Source: Desulfomicrobium sp. (lineage in GTDB: Bacteria; Desulfobacterota; Desulfovibrionia; Desulfovibrionales; Desulfomicrobiaceae). Taken from it: 64,000 bases of DNA. The stretch's first letter is position 1; every line of letters begins with the position of its first letter. Below are positions 18,374 through 28,707 of the stretch, in pieces. A model generated the notes under the pieces. The model worked only from the letters and a program-made list of their open reading frames with translations. It searched no databases and was not told the DNA's origin. The position numbers and the translations under genes were made by a program. The stretch covers positions 448,001 to 512,000 of the forward strand of contig JAXGMI010000002.1 of the NCBI GenBank assembly GCA_040768745.1, in the 5' to 3' direction.

Positions 18374-18777
18374 AGCATGTCTCCTTGTTGAACGTTTTGT
18401 AGTGCCACATCGGATCACAGGACAACCTGGAAAACTGGCCTGCCCGAAAACGAGCGGATCTCCACGGCGGAATATTGCGCACCGCACCCCATCTGAGCAA
18501 GGGAGCGCATGCGAGATGATTCATCTTAAAAAATCCCGGCGGAAAATGTAATCCTCCAATTTCTCTTTTTCCGGACTTCCGGCCTGCCCGTGCATGCGCG
18601 GACCGATCCACGGGTTGTGAAGAGGAAGGCAAGGCCGGCCGTGCGGCCGGCCTGGAAGCGGGGACCCGGCATTGCGGATTCTTTCAAGCGCATCGCGCTG
18701 GCCACAAATGGCACGTCAGCCAGGCGGCGTGACGCGTGCCCCCTGGCTGACGAGTTCCGGCAGTCCGCAACGCGCGG

Positions 18778-19959
18778 TTACATGGCGTTGCCGGCGTTCA
18801 ATTCGGCTATGGTCTGGTCGATGGAATCCCGCAGCTCCTGGGGCAGGCCCATGATCTCCACATTGAGGAAACCTCGCACAATGGTCGAAGTGGCTTCATC
18901 CTCGTCCAGGCCACGGGCCATGAGGTATTCGATCTCCTCCTGGGCGATCTTGCCCACGGCCGCCTCATGGGACAACTCCACTCCGGGTTTGCGCCCCTGC
19001 AGCTCCGGGATGGCGTGGATGACCCCGCCCCCGAGAATGAGCCCCTTGCACTCGAGATGGCCGCGGGCCGGCACCGCATCGCCGATGATCTCGCCCCGGG
19101 CGACGATGGTCCCGCCGGTAGTGATGGTTCTGGAGACGATCTCGCCGCGGGTGTTCGGCGCGTTCATCACGATGCGGTTGCCCGTGTCGACATGGGACCC
19201 GGCCGGGGTGACGATGACGGAATTGAACCGGGCCACGGCTCCGGGGCCATTCAGGTAAATGGTCGGGTAGGACTGTACCGACTTGACCTTCTTGAGCAGG
19301 ACGTAGTTGTTCTGCAGGACCCCTCCCTCCTCAACGACGCCCACAGTCCTGGGCCGGACCATGACCTCCTCGCCCCAGTTGTGAACCATGGTGAAGGTCA
19401 GCTTGCCGCCCTTCTTGATGTAGAATTCGGAAATGCCCAGATGCAGGGCTGATGTGACTCCGTGGGACGTGGCGCAGCCCGTGATGATGTGGACTTCTGA
19501 ATCCTCCTCCACGACCACGATATTGTGGATGTTCTGACCCACGTTCTGGCCCTTGATGAAGAGACAGGTCTGCACGGGCTCATCCACCTTGGCCCCCTTC
19601 TCGGTGCGGATGAAATAGCCGCCGTGCAGTTCCTCCTGTTTTGCGGTGCGGGTGAAGTCGTCCTTGTCCGGATCCATGCCCTTCCAGAAGTATTCCGGCA
19701 GCCCATCGTATTTCCGGAGGGCCTGCTTGATGCCGAGCACCTCCACCCCCTTGCGGGAGCTATTGCAGTGCACGGTGCTGTGGTCGAACTGCAGAAACGT
19801 TCCAGCGCGGTCCGAGGCCGCGTCCACGTCAACGCCGACCATGCGGAGTTCGCGCTTGCTCTCCGCACTGAGGGTGGACAGGTCATCGACTTCGGCGCTC
19901 TGTCTGCCCGAAAAGGCATAGGAGTTCAGGTCGACCAGGGGTTGGCTCAGTTCAGACAT
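18778..19959 (-). CDS. sufB: SufB/SufD-family Fe-S scaffold (SmsB-type)
   Basis: Beta-helix repeats, GHLECKG, IPEL, SHEAAVGKI, YLMARGLDEDEA. Confidence 0.9.
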   Translation of the reverse strand: MSELSQPLVDLNSYAFSGRQSAEVDDLSTLSAESKRELRMVGVDVDAASDRAGTFLQFDHSTVHCNSSRKGVEVLGIKQALRKYDGLPEYFWKGMDPDKDDFTRTAKQEELHGGYFIRTEKGAKVDEPVQTCLFIKGQNVGQNIHNIVVVEEDSEVHIITGCATSHGVTSALHLGISEFYIKKGGKLTFTMVHNWGEEVMVRPRTVGVVEEGGVLQNNYVLLKKVKSVQSYPTIYLNGPGAVARFNSVIVTPAGSHVDTGNRIVMNAPNTRGEIVSRTITTGGTIVARGEIIGDAVPARGHLECKGLILGGGVIHAIPELQGRKPGVELSHEAAVGKIAQEEIEYLMARGLDEDEATSTIVRGFLNVEIMGLPQELRDSIDQTIAELNAGNAM

Positions 19960-20714
19960 CTGATGCACTCCTTGTATCCAAACTTGCTGATGTGATCCAG
20001 GATGTCCCGGGGCCGGATGGGCCGCGTGTCGCAGCAGAGCACGCCGTTGTACATGACCTGGCCGCGGTCGGCGTTGACATAGTCGAGAATGTGGCCAGTG
20101 TGGGTGATGATCAAGCCGGACGTCTTCCGGCGACGGCGCAGGTCCCGCATGCAGGCATCCGGAGAAGGATTCGTTGCTCCGTCCAGAAGGGCCCTGGCCG
20201 TTGTGCCGATGAGGGCCATGTTCTCCAGATCCACGCCTGATTCAGGTTCGTCGAACAGGATGAGATTGGGATTCTGGGCCATGAGCTGCAGCAATTCAGA
20301 ACGCTTGATCTCCCCCCCGGAAAATCCCGCGTTGATGTCCCGGTCCAGGAAGGCGTCAAAATTGACCCCTTTGGCCATGCAGTCCACGTCAACTTCTCTG
20401 CCGCGTGCGCACATGGACACCAGATGCCGAGTCTTGAGGCCATGGATGGTCGGGGGGCGCTGAAACGACATGCCGATGCCCAACCGGGCCCGTTCATAGG
20501 TGGGCATGGCGGTGATATCCACGCCCTTGAAAATGATCCTGCCGCTGGTCACCGTGTACCCTGCAAATCCCATGATGGTCATGAGCAAGGTCGTTTTCCC
20601 CGAACCGTTGGGGCCGAAGAGGATGAATGTCTCCCCCTCCTCGATATTCAGGTGGATTCCCTTGAGAACTTCCCTGTCGCCGATTGTGACATGCAGGTTT
20701 TCAATCTGAAGCAT
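19947..20714 (-). CDS. sufC: SufC-like ABC ATPase (SmsC-type, C-terminal CxxC)
   Basis: GPNGSGKT, FSGGEIKR, LFDEPESG, ITH; ends KECIRCLN. Confidence 0.9.
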   Translation of the reverse strand: MLQIENLHVTIGDREVLKGIHLNIEEGETFILFGPNGSGKTTLLMTIMGFAGYTVTSGRIIFKGVDITAMPTYERARLGIGMSFQRPPTIHGLKTRHLVSMCARGREVDVDCMAKGVNFDAFLDRDINAGFSGGEIKRSELLQLMAQNPNLILFDEPESGVDLENMALIGTTARALLDGATNPSPDACMRDLRRRRKTSGLIITHTGHILDYVNADRGQVMYNGVLCCDTRPIRPRDILDHISKFGYKECIRCLN

Positions 20715-20803
20715 ACGATCCTCTTTGTGGAGTGACATGGCGCTCGAGGCGCAGCAAAACGGTGTCCTGCGTTAATGGACGCAGCGGGAAATGTCCAGCA
20801 GCC

Positions 20804-21523
20804 CTATCCCCCCCACTCTTTCCATGATTCGGAATTGGAGCAGTAGTAGCAGCGCGAATTGTCACGAAAGAAGCGCAGAAGAAGCATTCCGGCCACAAAA
20901 CCGCCGATGTGCGCCCACCAGGCCACCCCTCCCCCTCCATTGTTTCCGGACACCAATCCCGAAAAGACCTGGGTCAGGAACCAGGCCCCAAGATAGAAAA
21001 CAGCTGGCATCTCGAATATGAGCGGTAAAAAGAAAACAGGCAGGAAAGTGGAGATCTTGGCCTGGGGATAGAGGGAAAAATAGGCCCCCATGACCCCGGC
21101 GATGGCCCCCGAGGCCCCCACCACCGGAACCGTCGAATCCGGGGCCGTGACCATGTGCACGAAGAGAGCCCCCAGACCGCAAAGAACGTAGAAGAACAGA
21201 AAATGGACAGATCCCATGACATCTTCCACATTGTCGCCGAAAATCCACAGCGTCCACATATTGAAGATGAGATGCAGCCAGCCGGAATGCATGAACATAT
21301 GCGAGGCGAACGCCCACAGGCCCTGTTCCGGGTATCCATGCCACGCGGCCCATTCCGGGTCGAAAAAGCGGGCCGGGACCACACCGTACTGATGGAAGAG
21401 CCGAAACTCCTGGGCCGGGTCCAGCCCCTGGGCAAGAAGGAAAAGGAGGACGTTGAGCCCTATGAGCAGAATGACCGTATAGGGCCGGTGCCGGGAGGGA
21501 ATATTGTCACGCAGGGGAAACAT
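20804..21523 (-). CDS. Rhomboid intramembrane serine protease
   Basis: HLIFNM, GASGA, AHIGG motifs. Confidence 0.92.
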   Translation of the reverse strand: MFPLRDNIPSRHRPYTVILLIGLNVLLFLLAQGLDPAQEFRLFHQYGVVPARFFDPEWAAWHGYPEQGLWAFASHMFMHSGWLHLIFNMWTLWIFGDNVEDVMGSVHFLFFYVLCGLGALFVHMVTAPDSTVPVVGASGAIAGVMGAYFSLYPQAKISTFLPVFFLPLIFEMPAVFYLGAWFLTQVFSGLVSGNNGGGGVAWWAHIGGFVAGMLLLRFFRDNSRCYYCSNSESWKEWGG

Positions 21524-23108
21524 GGCTGGATTCCGTGTCTTGATTTGTGTCCGGATGTTCGAAAATCGCCTTCAACGCCTTCATCTGCCGCTCCGCCCGC
21601 CTGGCGATGAGGCCCAAGGAGACCCGGATCATGGCAGCGGTCCTGGCCTGCAGATCCGAAAGGGAGCCGGAGTTGTCCAGGATCAGGTGAGCCATGCGCA
21701 CCTTCGCTTCCTGCGGCCACTGCCAGGAGTCCACCTGGTTGATGCGGCCCAGGTCCCAGCCCCGTTTGAGCAGGCGCTCCTGGCGCAGACCGTCGGGACA
21801 GAAAATCACGGCCACGAGATCCAGGGACGAGGACAGCTCGGCCTCGCACAAGAGCGGAATCTCGGCCAGGAGGACATCGTCTGCATGCGCGTTTTTGAAT
21901 TCGGCCAGGGCGCGGCGCACCAAGGGGTGGACAAGGCGTTCCACCTCCCGCCGCAGGCTTTCGGAACTGGACATGGCGGACAAGAGGACAGCCTTGTCCA
22001 CGCCTCCGTCCGGGGCCAGAAACCTGGACCCGAAATGGCATTTCAGAACGGCGGCCCCCTCACCTCCCCGGGCATAGGCCCTGGCCACGACCTGGTCCGC
22101 GCAGAAAACCGGGAGGCCGCAGGCCTGCACCAGGTCGAGGACAGCGGACTTGCCGCTTCCGGCCGCACCAGTCAGACCGATGCACAGTCGAGGACGGCAC
22201 AACTCGCCCAAAACCCGCATGAAATCATCAGGCGGAGGACAGCAGAACGCCATCTCTTGTTCCGACACGGGATGGGTGAAGCGCAGTTGCCAGGCGTGGA
22301 GCATCTGCCGCGGAGCACGGGACGCGGTGTCCTTGTCCGCATAGACGGCGTCCCCAAGCAGCGGATGGCCCAGCTCGGCCATGTGCACCCGGATTTGGTG
22401 TGTCCGGCCGGTCAGAATGCGGATCCTCAGCAGGGAGGCGCTCTGGTCCGGGGCGGTCCACAGCACGCGATACCGCGTCTCCGCCGGACGGCCGCCGCGG
22501 GACACCGCCGCCATGCGGGTCTTGAGAAGCGGGTGACGCCCCAGGGGCACGGTGATGGAACCCGCACTTCTGGGCGCTCCCGCCACAAGGGCAAGATACT
22601 CCTTGTACACGTGGCGGGACGCAAAGGCCCGGCTTAACGCCAGACGGGAGGAGTCGGACAGGGCCAGGACAATGAGGCCCGACGTGTCCTTGTCCAGCCG
22701 GTGGACCACGCCCGGTCGCTGCCCTTCCTGCCCAAGCAGGACGGGGAAATGGCTGGCTGCCCGATGCACCAGCGTCCCCGCACAGACCGACGGGGCCGGA
22801 TGGACCGTCATTCCGGGCTCCTTGTCCAGGACGAGGACATGTTCATCGGCGTGCAGCACAAGCAGGGGACCAGGCTCCGGGATGATGGCTGAAGCAGGAA
22901 ATTCCGGTTTCAGGGCCAGGATCTGGCCCGGCACAATCCGGGTGGACGGCTTGGTACAGACGCACCCGTTGACGCTGGCCCGGCCCTTCCGGATCCAGTC
23001 CTGCACGCGCGTTCTGGTCACGCCTTCCTCATCGAGGCATGACTGCCAGAACACGTCCAGCCGCTCCCCCCCGTCGGTGACGGCAACCTTCTCTACCAGT
23101 TCCTGCAT
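21507..23108 (-). CDS. coaE: RluD-type pseudouridine synthase fused to dephospho-CoA kinase
   Basis: S4 domain, VHRLDKDTSG, TGRTHQIRVH, then IGLTGAAGSGKS and VHPLV. Confidence 0.9.
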   Translation of the reverse strand: MQELVEKVAVTDGGERLDVFWQSCLDEEGVTRTRVQDWIRKGRASVNGCVCTKPSTRIVPGQILALKPEFPASAIIPEPGPLLVLHADEHVLVLDKEPGMTVHPAPSVCAGTLVHRAASHFPVLLGQEGQRPGVVHRLDKDTSGLIVLALSDSSRLALSRAFASRHVYKEYLALVAGAPRSAGSITVPLGRHPLLKTRMAAVSRGGRPAETRYRVLWTAPDQSASLLRIRILTGRTHQIRVHMAELGHPLLGDAVYADKDTASRAPRQMLHAWQLRFTHPVSEQEMAFCCPPPDDFMRVLGELCRPRLCIGLTGAAGSGKSAVLDLVQACGLPVFCADQVVARAYARGGEGAAVLKCHFGSRFLAPDGGVDKAVLLSAMSSSESLRREVERLVHPLVRRALAEFKNAHADDVLLAEIPLLCEAELSSSLDLVAVIFCPDGLRQERLLKRGWDLGRINQVDSWQWPQEAKVRMAHLILDNSGSLSDLQARTAAMIRVSLGLIARRAERQMKALKAIFEHPDTNQDTESSHVSPA

Positions 23109-23335
23109 GTGTCCTTCTGGTTGAAAAACTCCGTTGTTGTCGCAAACGTCATGTCGTCGCCGGGTCCGAAGTCCGGACCGACGCGAACATCGAGACCGCG
23201 ACAGCAGGATGTTGAACCCGATCATGGGGCCCGGAGGGCCTGGCCCGTGGGCGACATCATCTTGCGTTCACTGCTGGAAGGCCGTTTCCACTGCCATCCA
23301 TCGGACGGGAACGTCCTCAGCGCCGCTGGGCGGCA

Positions 23336-23977
23336 TCAGCTGAGATGATGCGTCAGCACCCCGAGTTCAATGGTGATGTCCACGTTCAGGACCACCATGT
23401 TTTCAGGCGCCGTCACGGGCCGGGAGGCAAAATAGAGAGCTCCCCGGATCCCCATCTGTCCGAGCTGGTTGACGATACGCTGCACTTCAGGCGGTGGTAC
23501 CGCGATGATGGCTATGTCCACACGGCGCGCATCCAGTTCACGGTCAAGCTGGGCCATATCGTGCACCGGGATGCCCTCAAGCGATTTTCCTATCCGTTGG
23601 GGATCGTTATCAAATATCTGAACGATCTGGAGGTTTCTACCCTGGAAGGATTCCGAATGGAGCAGGACGCTGCCAAACCCTCCAGCGCCGATCAGGACCA
23701 CATTCCAGAGACGATCACATCCCAGAATGCGCGCAATCTGCTCGCGGAGGGCAGGTACAGGATAACCGACCCCTCTGACCCCGAAGGTGCCGAAGTTGGC
23801 GAGATCTCTGCGGACAAGACTCTGGGTGACCCCTTCGATTTTCTCGAGGTCAGAAGACGAGACGACTTCCACGCCCTTGCCTTTCAAATGATCGAGAGTC
23901 CGCAGGTAGACTGAGAGCCGGCGGATGATGAGGTCTTTCTTGTCAGCCTTGGGCTGTCTTCTTCGTTTATGCGTCAC
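23336..23977 (-). CDS. rex: Rex-family redox-sensing repressor (divergent)
   Basis: RRLSVYLR, VRRDLANFGTFGVRGVGY, GAGGFG Rossmann motif; GTG start. Confidence 0.85.
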   Translation of the reverse strand: MTHKRRRQPKADKKDLIIRRLSVYLRTLDHLKGKGVEVVSSSDLEKIEGVTQSLVRRDLANFGTFGVRGVGYPVPALREQIARILGCDRLWNVVLIGAGGFGSVLLHSESFQGRNLQIVQIFDNDPQRIGKSLEGIPVHDMAQLDRELDARRVDIAIIAVPPPEVQRIVNQLGQMGIRGALYFASRPVTAPENMVVLNVDITIELGVLTHHLS

Positions 23978-24019
23978 GTGATGGGCACCTCTGAAAGGGA
24001 AGGAGAAACAAATATTCCC

Positions 24020-26038
24020 TTAGGATTCGATATCGTACCTGCTGAACACCAGGGAGTAGAACGCCTTGCCCTTGGTGCGGGAACGCAGCTCTGTGGCAAA
24101 GCCAAAAAGCTGGCGCATGGGGGCCAGGGCAGAGATGCCAGAATCGTGCTCTGCGGTCCGCACGTCAAGAATGCGGGCGTTCTTGGCCCCCAGAAGATTG
24201 ACACAATCCCCCACAAATTCGCCGGGCATGCGCAGTTTCACATCCATGATGGGCTCCAACCGGGCGGGAGAGGCCTGGGACAGGGCCAACTTCATGGCAT
24301 CCAGGGCGGCCATGCGCACGCCGAGGTCCGAGATGCCGCCCTCGAAAGGCTCGATGGCCAGAAGGCACGCCTGGACATCCGTGACCACGCATCCATCCAC
24401 CACCCCGGCCTGCAGGGCATCCTCCATGGCCTGCAGGGCGATGCCAGCCTGGTTGTTCCGCGGCAGTGCCGTCTCGACCGTATTGCCCTTGCCGCGATCG
24501 GCGGGATGCACGCTGACCCTGACCAGCGCACGGTGCGTCTGGTCTCCGATGATTTTGGCACAGGTCGCCTCCGCCTCGGCATGGGCCTGCACGGTTTCCA
24601 GAAAAATGACCTGCGGATTGCCATAGCGGAAGCTCACCCCGCTCTCACGGCGCAGTCGCTCCAGGACAACCTCAAGATGCAGCTCACCCAGGCCAGCGAC
24701 AATGAGCTGATCCGTATCCGTGTCAGTGAACGAACGGAGGGTGGGATCTTCCACGCAGTATCTTTCCAGTAACACCTGAAGTTTTTCCGTTTCGCTGGCG
24801 CTGCCCGGAATGAGGGCCACATTCAGCACAGGCTGGAGCACGTCGATGTTCTCCAGCCGAAGTCCTGATTTGCCGGTGAAAAGCGTGTCTCCGGTGATGC
24901 AATCCTTGAGGCCGGTGGCAAGAACGATTTCTCCGACACGGGCTTCGACGATGGCTTCATGGCGGTTGGCGTGCACGGCGTAGAGCTTGTGTATCTTCTC
25001 AAACCGCTCCAGGCGGGAATTGTACACTGCGCTGTTCTCCTTGATGCTGCCGTTGTACACGCGCAGGAAATTCTTCTTGTGCGCCCCTTCGAACATGACC
25101 TTGAACACAAAGCCCACAAACTGGTCGTCGCGGACCTTTTCCCGCTCCATGAGTTCCCGCACATGGGCATGGGAAAAGGATTCGTCCGGCGCGGGCAAAA
25201 AATGCCCTACCCCGTCCATGAGTGGCTGCACGCCGATATTCCTGAGGGCGCTGCCGCAATACACCGGCACGGCCTGACCCGCCAGTGTTGCCCGGCGCAG
25301 GGCCGGAAGCACATCGAGTTCGTTCAGCTCCTCGTCAGCCAGGTATTTTTCCGTCACCACGTCGTCCACCTCGGCCAGAGCCTCGAAAAAAGCCCGGCAG
25401 TGGGTGTCAACATACTCGCGGTCCGGCCCTGGCACCTCCTCGTCGCTGATGGTGATGCCCTGGTCGGCCGGGTCGAACCGCAGGAAGCGCCTGCGGATCA
25501 GATCGATCACCCCGCCCTCCACGGCCTGCGACGGTACCGTCACAGGTATGGCGCGCAGACCGAACCGGGCCTCCATATCCCTCACAACCCGCCAGTAGTC
25601 CGCCCCTGGACGGTCGGTCTTGTTGATAAAAACGAGCTTCGGCAGCCGGTATTTTTCCGCCTGCCGCCATACGGTCTCGCTCTGGGATTCGATGCCGTTC
25701 ACCCCGCAAAAAACAACCACGGCCCCGTCGCAAACCCGCAGGGATCGCTCCACCTCCACGTTGAAATCCACATGGCCAGGGGTGTCGATGATATTGATGC
25801 GCGTCCCTTTCCACTCGATGGTCGTGCAGGCCGAGGTAATGGTGATGCCGCGCTTCTGCTCCTCTTCGAGGTAGTCCATGGTGGCATTGCCGTCGTGCAC
25901 CTCTCCTATTTTGTGGATCTTGCGGGCATAGAAAAGGAGCCGCTCGGTCAGGGTGGTTTTTCCCGCGTCGATATGGGCAATGATGCCGATGTTGCGGAAG
26001 TTGTGGGCTGTGATTTTCTTCATGGTCGGTTCAGGCAT
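24020..26038 (-). CDS. Elongation factor G paralog (EF-G2-like)
   Basis: AHIDAGKTT, RGITI, DTPGH, NKTD, GLGELHLE; divergent domain IV. Confidence 0.9.
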   Translation of the reverse strand: MPEPTMKKITAHNFRNIGIIAHIDAGKTTLTERLLFYARKIHKIGEVHDGNATMDYLEEEQKRGITITSACTTIEWKGTRINIIDTPGHVDFNVEVERSLRVCDGAVVVFCGVNGIESQSETVWRQAEKYRLPKLVFINKTDRPGADYWRVVRDMEARFGLRAIPVTVPSQAVEGGVIDLIRRRFLRFDPADQGITISDEEVPGPDREYVDTHCRAFFEALAEVDDVVTEKYLADEELNELDVLPALRRATLAGQAVPVYCGSALRNIGVQPLMDGVGHFLPAPDESFSHAHVRELMEREKVRDDQFVGFVFKVMFEGAHKKNFLRVYNGSIKENSAVYNSRLERFEKIHKLYAVHANRHEAIVEARVGEIVLATGLKDCITGDTLFTGKSGLRLENIDVLQPVLNVALIPGSASETEKLQVLLERYCVEDPTLRSFTDTDTDQLIVAGLGELHLEVVLERLRRESGVSFRYGNPQVIFLETVQAHAEAEATCAKIIGDQTHRALVRVSVHPADRGKGNTVETALPRNNQAGIALQAMEDALQAGVVDGCVVTDVQACLLAIEPFEGGISDLGVRMAALDAMKLALSQASPARLEPIMDVKLRMPGEFVGDCVNLLGAKNARILDVRTAEHDSGISALAPMRQLFGFATELRSRTKGKAFYSLVFSRYDIES

Positions 26039-26744
26039 AGAAGGATGTTGTGAAACGGAACGTTTCAGGAGTGATCACGTCCCAGACCCAGCAGCCCAGA
26101 AACCGTTCGTCCATGACCACCGGGGCGGAACCGGGTTCTCCGCCATAGGCCACAAAGGCTCTGGGCTGGCCCGTTGTCACGGCTGTCACGGCCCGGTAGG
26201 CCCTCTGGTGCTCTGATGGCGGAAGGGCGACAGCGACGCCGTAGTTGGCGGGGTCGGGACGCACCAAGCGGGGAAAATCAAGATCCAGCCCGGCCAGATC
26301 CACCGCCACTCCCGGCCCGGCGGCGGCCAGTCCCTCAAGAAGGACCCGGTGGTCGGTGGTGTAGATCTGGTCCACGGACAAAAGGTCAAACCCGCACAAC
26401 AACGGGTCCGTCAGCGGACCGGTCACGTGCACAAACACGGTTTCGACCTTGGCCACCAGGGCAAGCACCACGGCGGATAGAATTGCTGTCACCGGAAAAC
26501 AACGCTGGTCAACGGCAAAAAAGGCCCAGCCCAGGCGCTTGCTGGTCACGGTCTGTTCCACGTGGCTGAACCTGCGGGTCGCTGTCACAGGCTCCGCTCC
26601 GGTCTGGGCCAGGGCATAGGCGAATGCCACGGCATTCTTGAGGATGGACCTCTGCGCGGCCGGACAGCGTTCGTAGGCCGCGCCAAGGGTTTCGTCGTCA
26701 ATATCGGGTGCGACCCCTTTTTGGGCGAGGATGTCTTCGATCAC
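26031..26744 (-). CDS. Hypothetical protein, remote similarity to histidinol dehydrogenase N-terminal half
   Basis: AAGGAG RBS + GTG; overlaps the EF-G start; HisD-like segments recognised by eye. Confidence 0.65.
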   Translation of the reverse strand: MIEDILAQKGVAPDIDDETLGAAYERCPAAQRSILKNAVAFAYALAQTGAEPVTATRRFSHVEQTVTSKRLGWAFFAVDQRCFPVTAILSAVVLALVAKVETVFVHVTGPLTDPLLCGFDLLSVDQIYTTDHRVLLEGLAAAGPGVAVDLAGLDLDFPRLVRPDPANYGVAVALPPSEHQRAYRAVTAVTTGQPRAFVAYGGEPGSAPVVMDERFLGCWVWDVITPETFRFTTSFYA

Positions 26745-26756
26745 ATGTGCTCCTTG

Positions 26757-26787
26757 AAAAAAAGGGCGGGCCAGCCATGACCCGCCC
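26757..26787 (-). terminator. Terminator after leuB
   Basis: GGGCGGG...CCCGCCC stem with T7 on the minus strand. Confidence 0.75.
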
Positions 26788-26850
26788 GACATTTCCATAT
26801 TTCAAGGCGTTGCACAACCTCGGCGAGAAGCCCGTGGCCGCAAACCCGCC

Positions 26851-27924
26851 CTACAGGGCGTCCACCACGAGCTGCCCCATTTCCGAACAGCCCACCTTGA
26901 CCCCTTCGCCCACATGAATGTCGCCAGTACGGTAGCCCCTGGCCAGCACGGCCTTCACTGCGGAATCGATGGCCCCTGCCTCGGCTTCCAGCCCGAAGCT
27001 GAAGCGCAGCATCATGGACACGGACAAAATGGTGGCCAGGGGATTGGCGATATCCTTCCCGGCAATGTCCGGAGCCGAGCCGTGGATGGGCTCGAACAGG
27101 GCCGGTCCGCCCGCACCCATGGAGGCCGAGGGCAGCATGCCGATGGATCCGGTGATGATGGACGCTTCGTCGGAAAGAATGTCGCCGAACAGGTTCTCGG
27201 TCACGATGACGTCGAACTGGGACGGGTCGCGGATGAGCTGCATGGCCGCGTTGTCCACGTACATGTGCGACAGCTCCACTTCGGGATATTCCGCCGCCGT
27301 GCGAACCGCCACCTCCCGCCACAGCCGCGACACGTCGAGCACGTTGGCCTTGTCCACGGAGCACAGGCGCTTGCCGCGTTTCATGGCGATCTCGCAGGCC
27401 ACCCGCACGATGCGCTCGATTTCGGACTCGCTGTAAATCATGGTGTTGAAGGCCGCCCGCTCCCCGTTCACCAAGGTCTCCCCCCGGGGCTCGCCGAAAT
27501 AGGCACCGCCCGTCAGTTCACGCACAACCATGATGTCCAGGCCCTGACTCACGATGTCCGGGCGCAGGTATGACGCCCTGGCCAGTTCCGGGAACAGTGC
27601 CGCAGGACGCAGGTTGGCGAACAGCCCCAGGGCCTTGCGGATACCCAGCAGGCCCTTCTCGGGCCGGATGGCCGGGTCCATGGCGTCCCATTTGGGGCCG
27701 CCCACGGCCCCCAGCAACACCGCATCGGATGCCCGGCACGCGGCCACCGTGGCTTCGGGCAACGGAATGCCCATCGCGTCGATGGCCGCGCCGCCGATGA
27801 GGGCTGTCTCCGTCTGCACGGCGTGGCCGAACTTGGCCGCCACCGTCTCCAGCACCCGCACGGCCTGGGCCATGATCTCCGGACCGATGCCGTCGCCGGG
27901 CATAAGACAAATCTTCATATTCAT
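26851..27924 (-). CDS. leuB: 3-isopropylmalate dehydrogenase
   Basis: [43 protein letters not shown]. Confidence 0.97.
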   Translation of the reverse strand: MNMKICLMPGDGIGPEIMAQAVRVLETVAAKFGHAVQTETALIGGAAIDAMGIPLPEATVAACRASDAVLLGAVGGPKWDAMDPAIRPEKGLLGIRKALGLFANLRPAALFPELARASYLRPDIVSQGLDIMVVRELTGGAYFGEPRGETLVNGERAAFNTMIYSESEIERIVRVACEIAMKRGKRLCSVDKANVLDVSRLWREVAVRTAAEYPEVELSHMYVDNAAMQLIRDPSQFDVIVTENLFGDILSDEASIITGSIGMLPSASMGAGGPALFEPIHGSAPDIAGKDIANPLATILSVSMMLRFSFGLEAEAGAIDSAVKAVLARGYRTGDIHVGEGVKVGCSEMGQLVVDAL

Positions 27925-28200
27925 TGAGAAGCTCCTGTATATTTAAGCATACCTCCGGCGGGCGAGACTCGTCCCTCGCGGCTCGCACCCTGCACCCCGT
28001 TCAGGGGGTGGGGGGAAATCCGGTCGCCGCTTGGCATGCCGACTGGGTCTATCTGACTGAAAAATTCAAAATTCGCAGGACGTTGAAAAATGGTGAGCTG
28101 CAAGGAAGCGGAAAAAGCCAGGACGTGCAGTGTATTGCGCATACATAAGCGGTCTGGCTTTTTTCGCTGACGCAGCAGATTGCCATTTTTCAATGGTCTG

Positions 28201-28695
28201 CTATTGGGCGACCTTGCGCTTGACGTACTCCACCAGCCCCCCGCCGGACAGCATGTCCATCATGAACTGCGGGACAGGGTTGAAGCCGATGGTTTCCCCG
28301 CTGGTCCTGTTGGCGATGGTGCCGGCCGCCACGTCGATCTCCAGTTCGTCGCCGTCCTTGATGCGGGCGATGTCGTCGCCCAGTTCCAGGAGCAGCAGCC
28401 CCATATTGAAGGCATTGCGGTAGAAGATCCGTGCGTAGCTCTTGGCCAGGACCACGGGAATGCCCGCGCCGATGATGGCCAGCGGGGCGTGTTCGCGCGA
28501 AGATCCGCATCCGAAATTCTCGCCGGCCACCAGGATGTCGCCGTTGGTCACGCGCTTGACCCAGCCAGGTTCCAGACCCTCGAAACAGTTCCTGCCCAGT
28601 TCTGCCGTATCTGCCGTTACCAGAAACCGGGCCGGAATGATGGCGTCGGTGTCGATATGATCCCCCACCACATGGGTTCTGCCTTTGAATGTCAT
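28201..28695 (-). CDS. leuD: 3-isopropylmalate dehydratase small subunit
   Basis: [27 protein letters not shown]. Confidence 0.96.
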   Translation of the reverse strand: MTFKGRTHVVGDHIDTDAIIPARFLVTADTAELGRNCFEGLEPGWVKRVTNGDILVAGENFGCGSSREHAPLAIIGAGIPVVLAKSYARIFYRNAFNMGLLLLELGDDIARIKDGDELEIDVAAGTIANRTSGETIGFNPVPQFMMDMLSGGGLVEYVKRKVAQ

Positions 28696-28707
28696 GACGC
28701 GTCTCCT

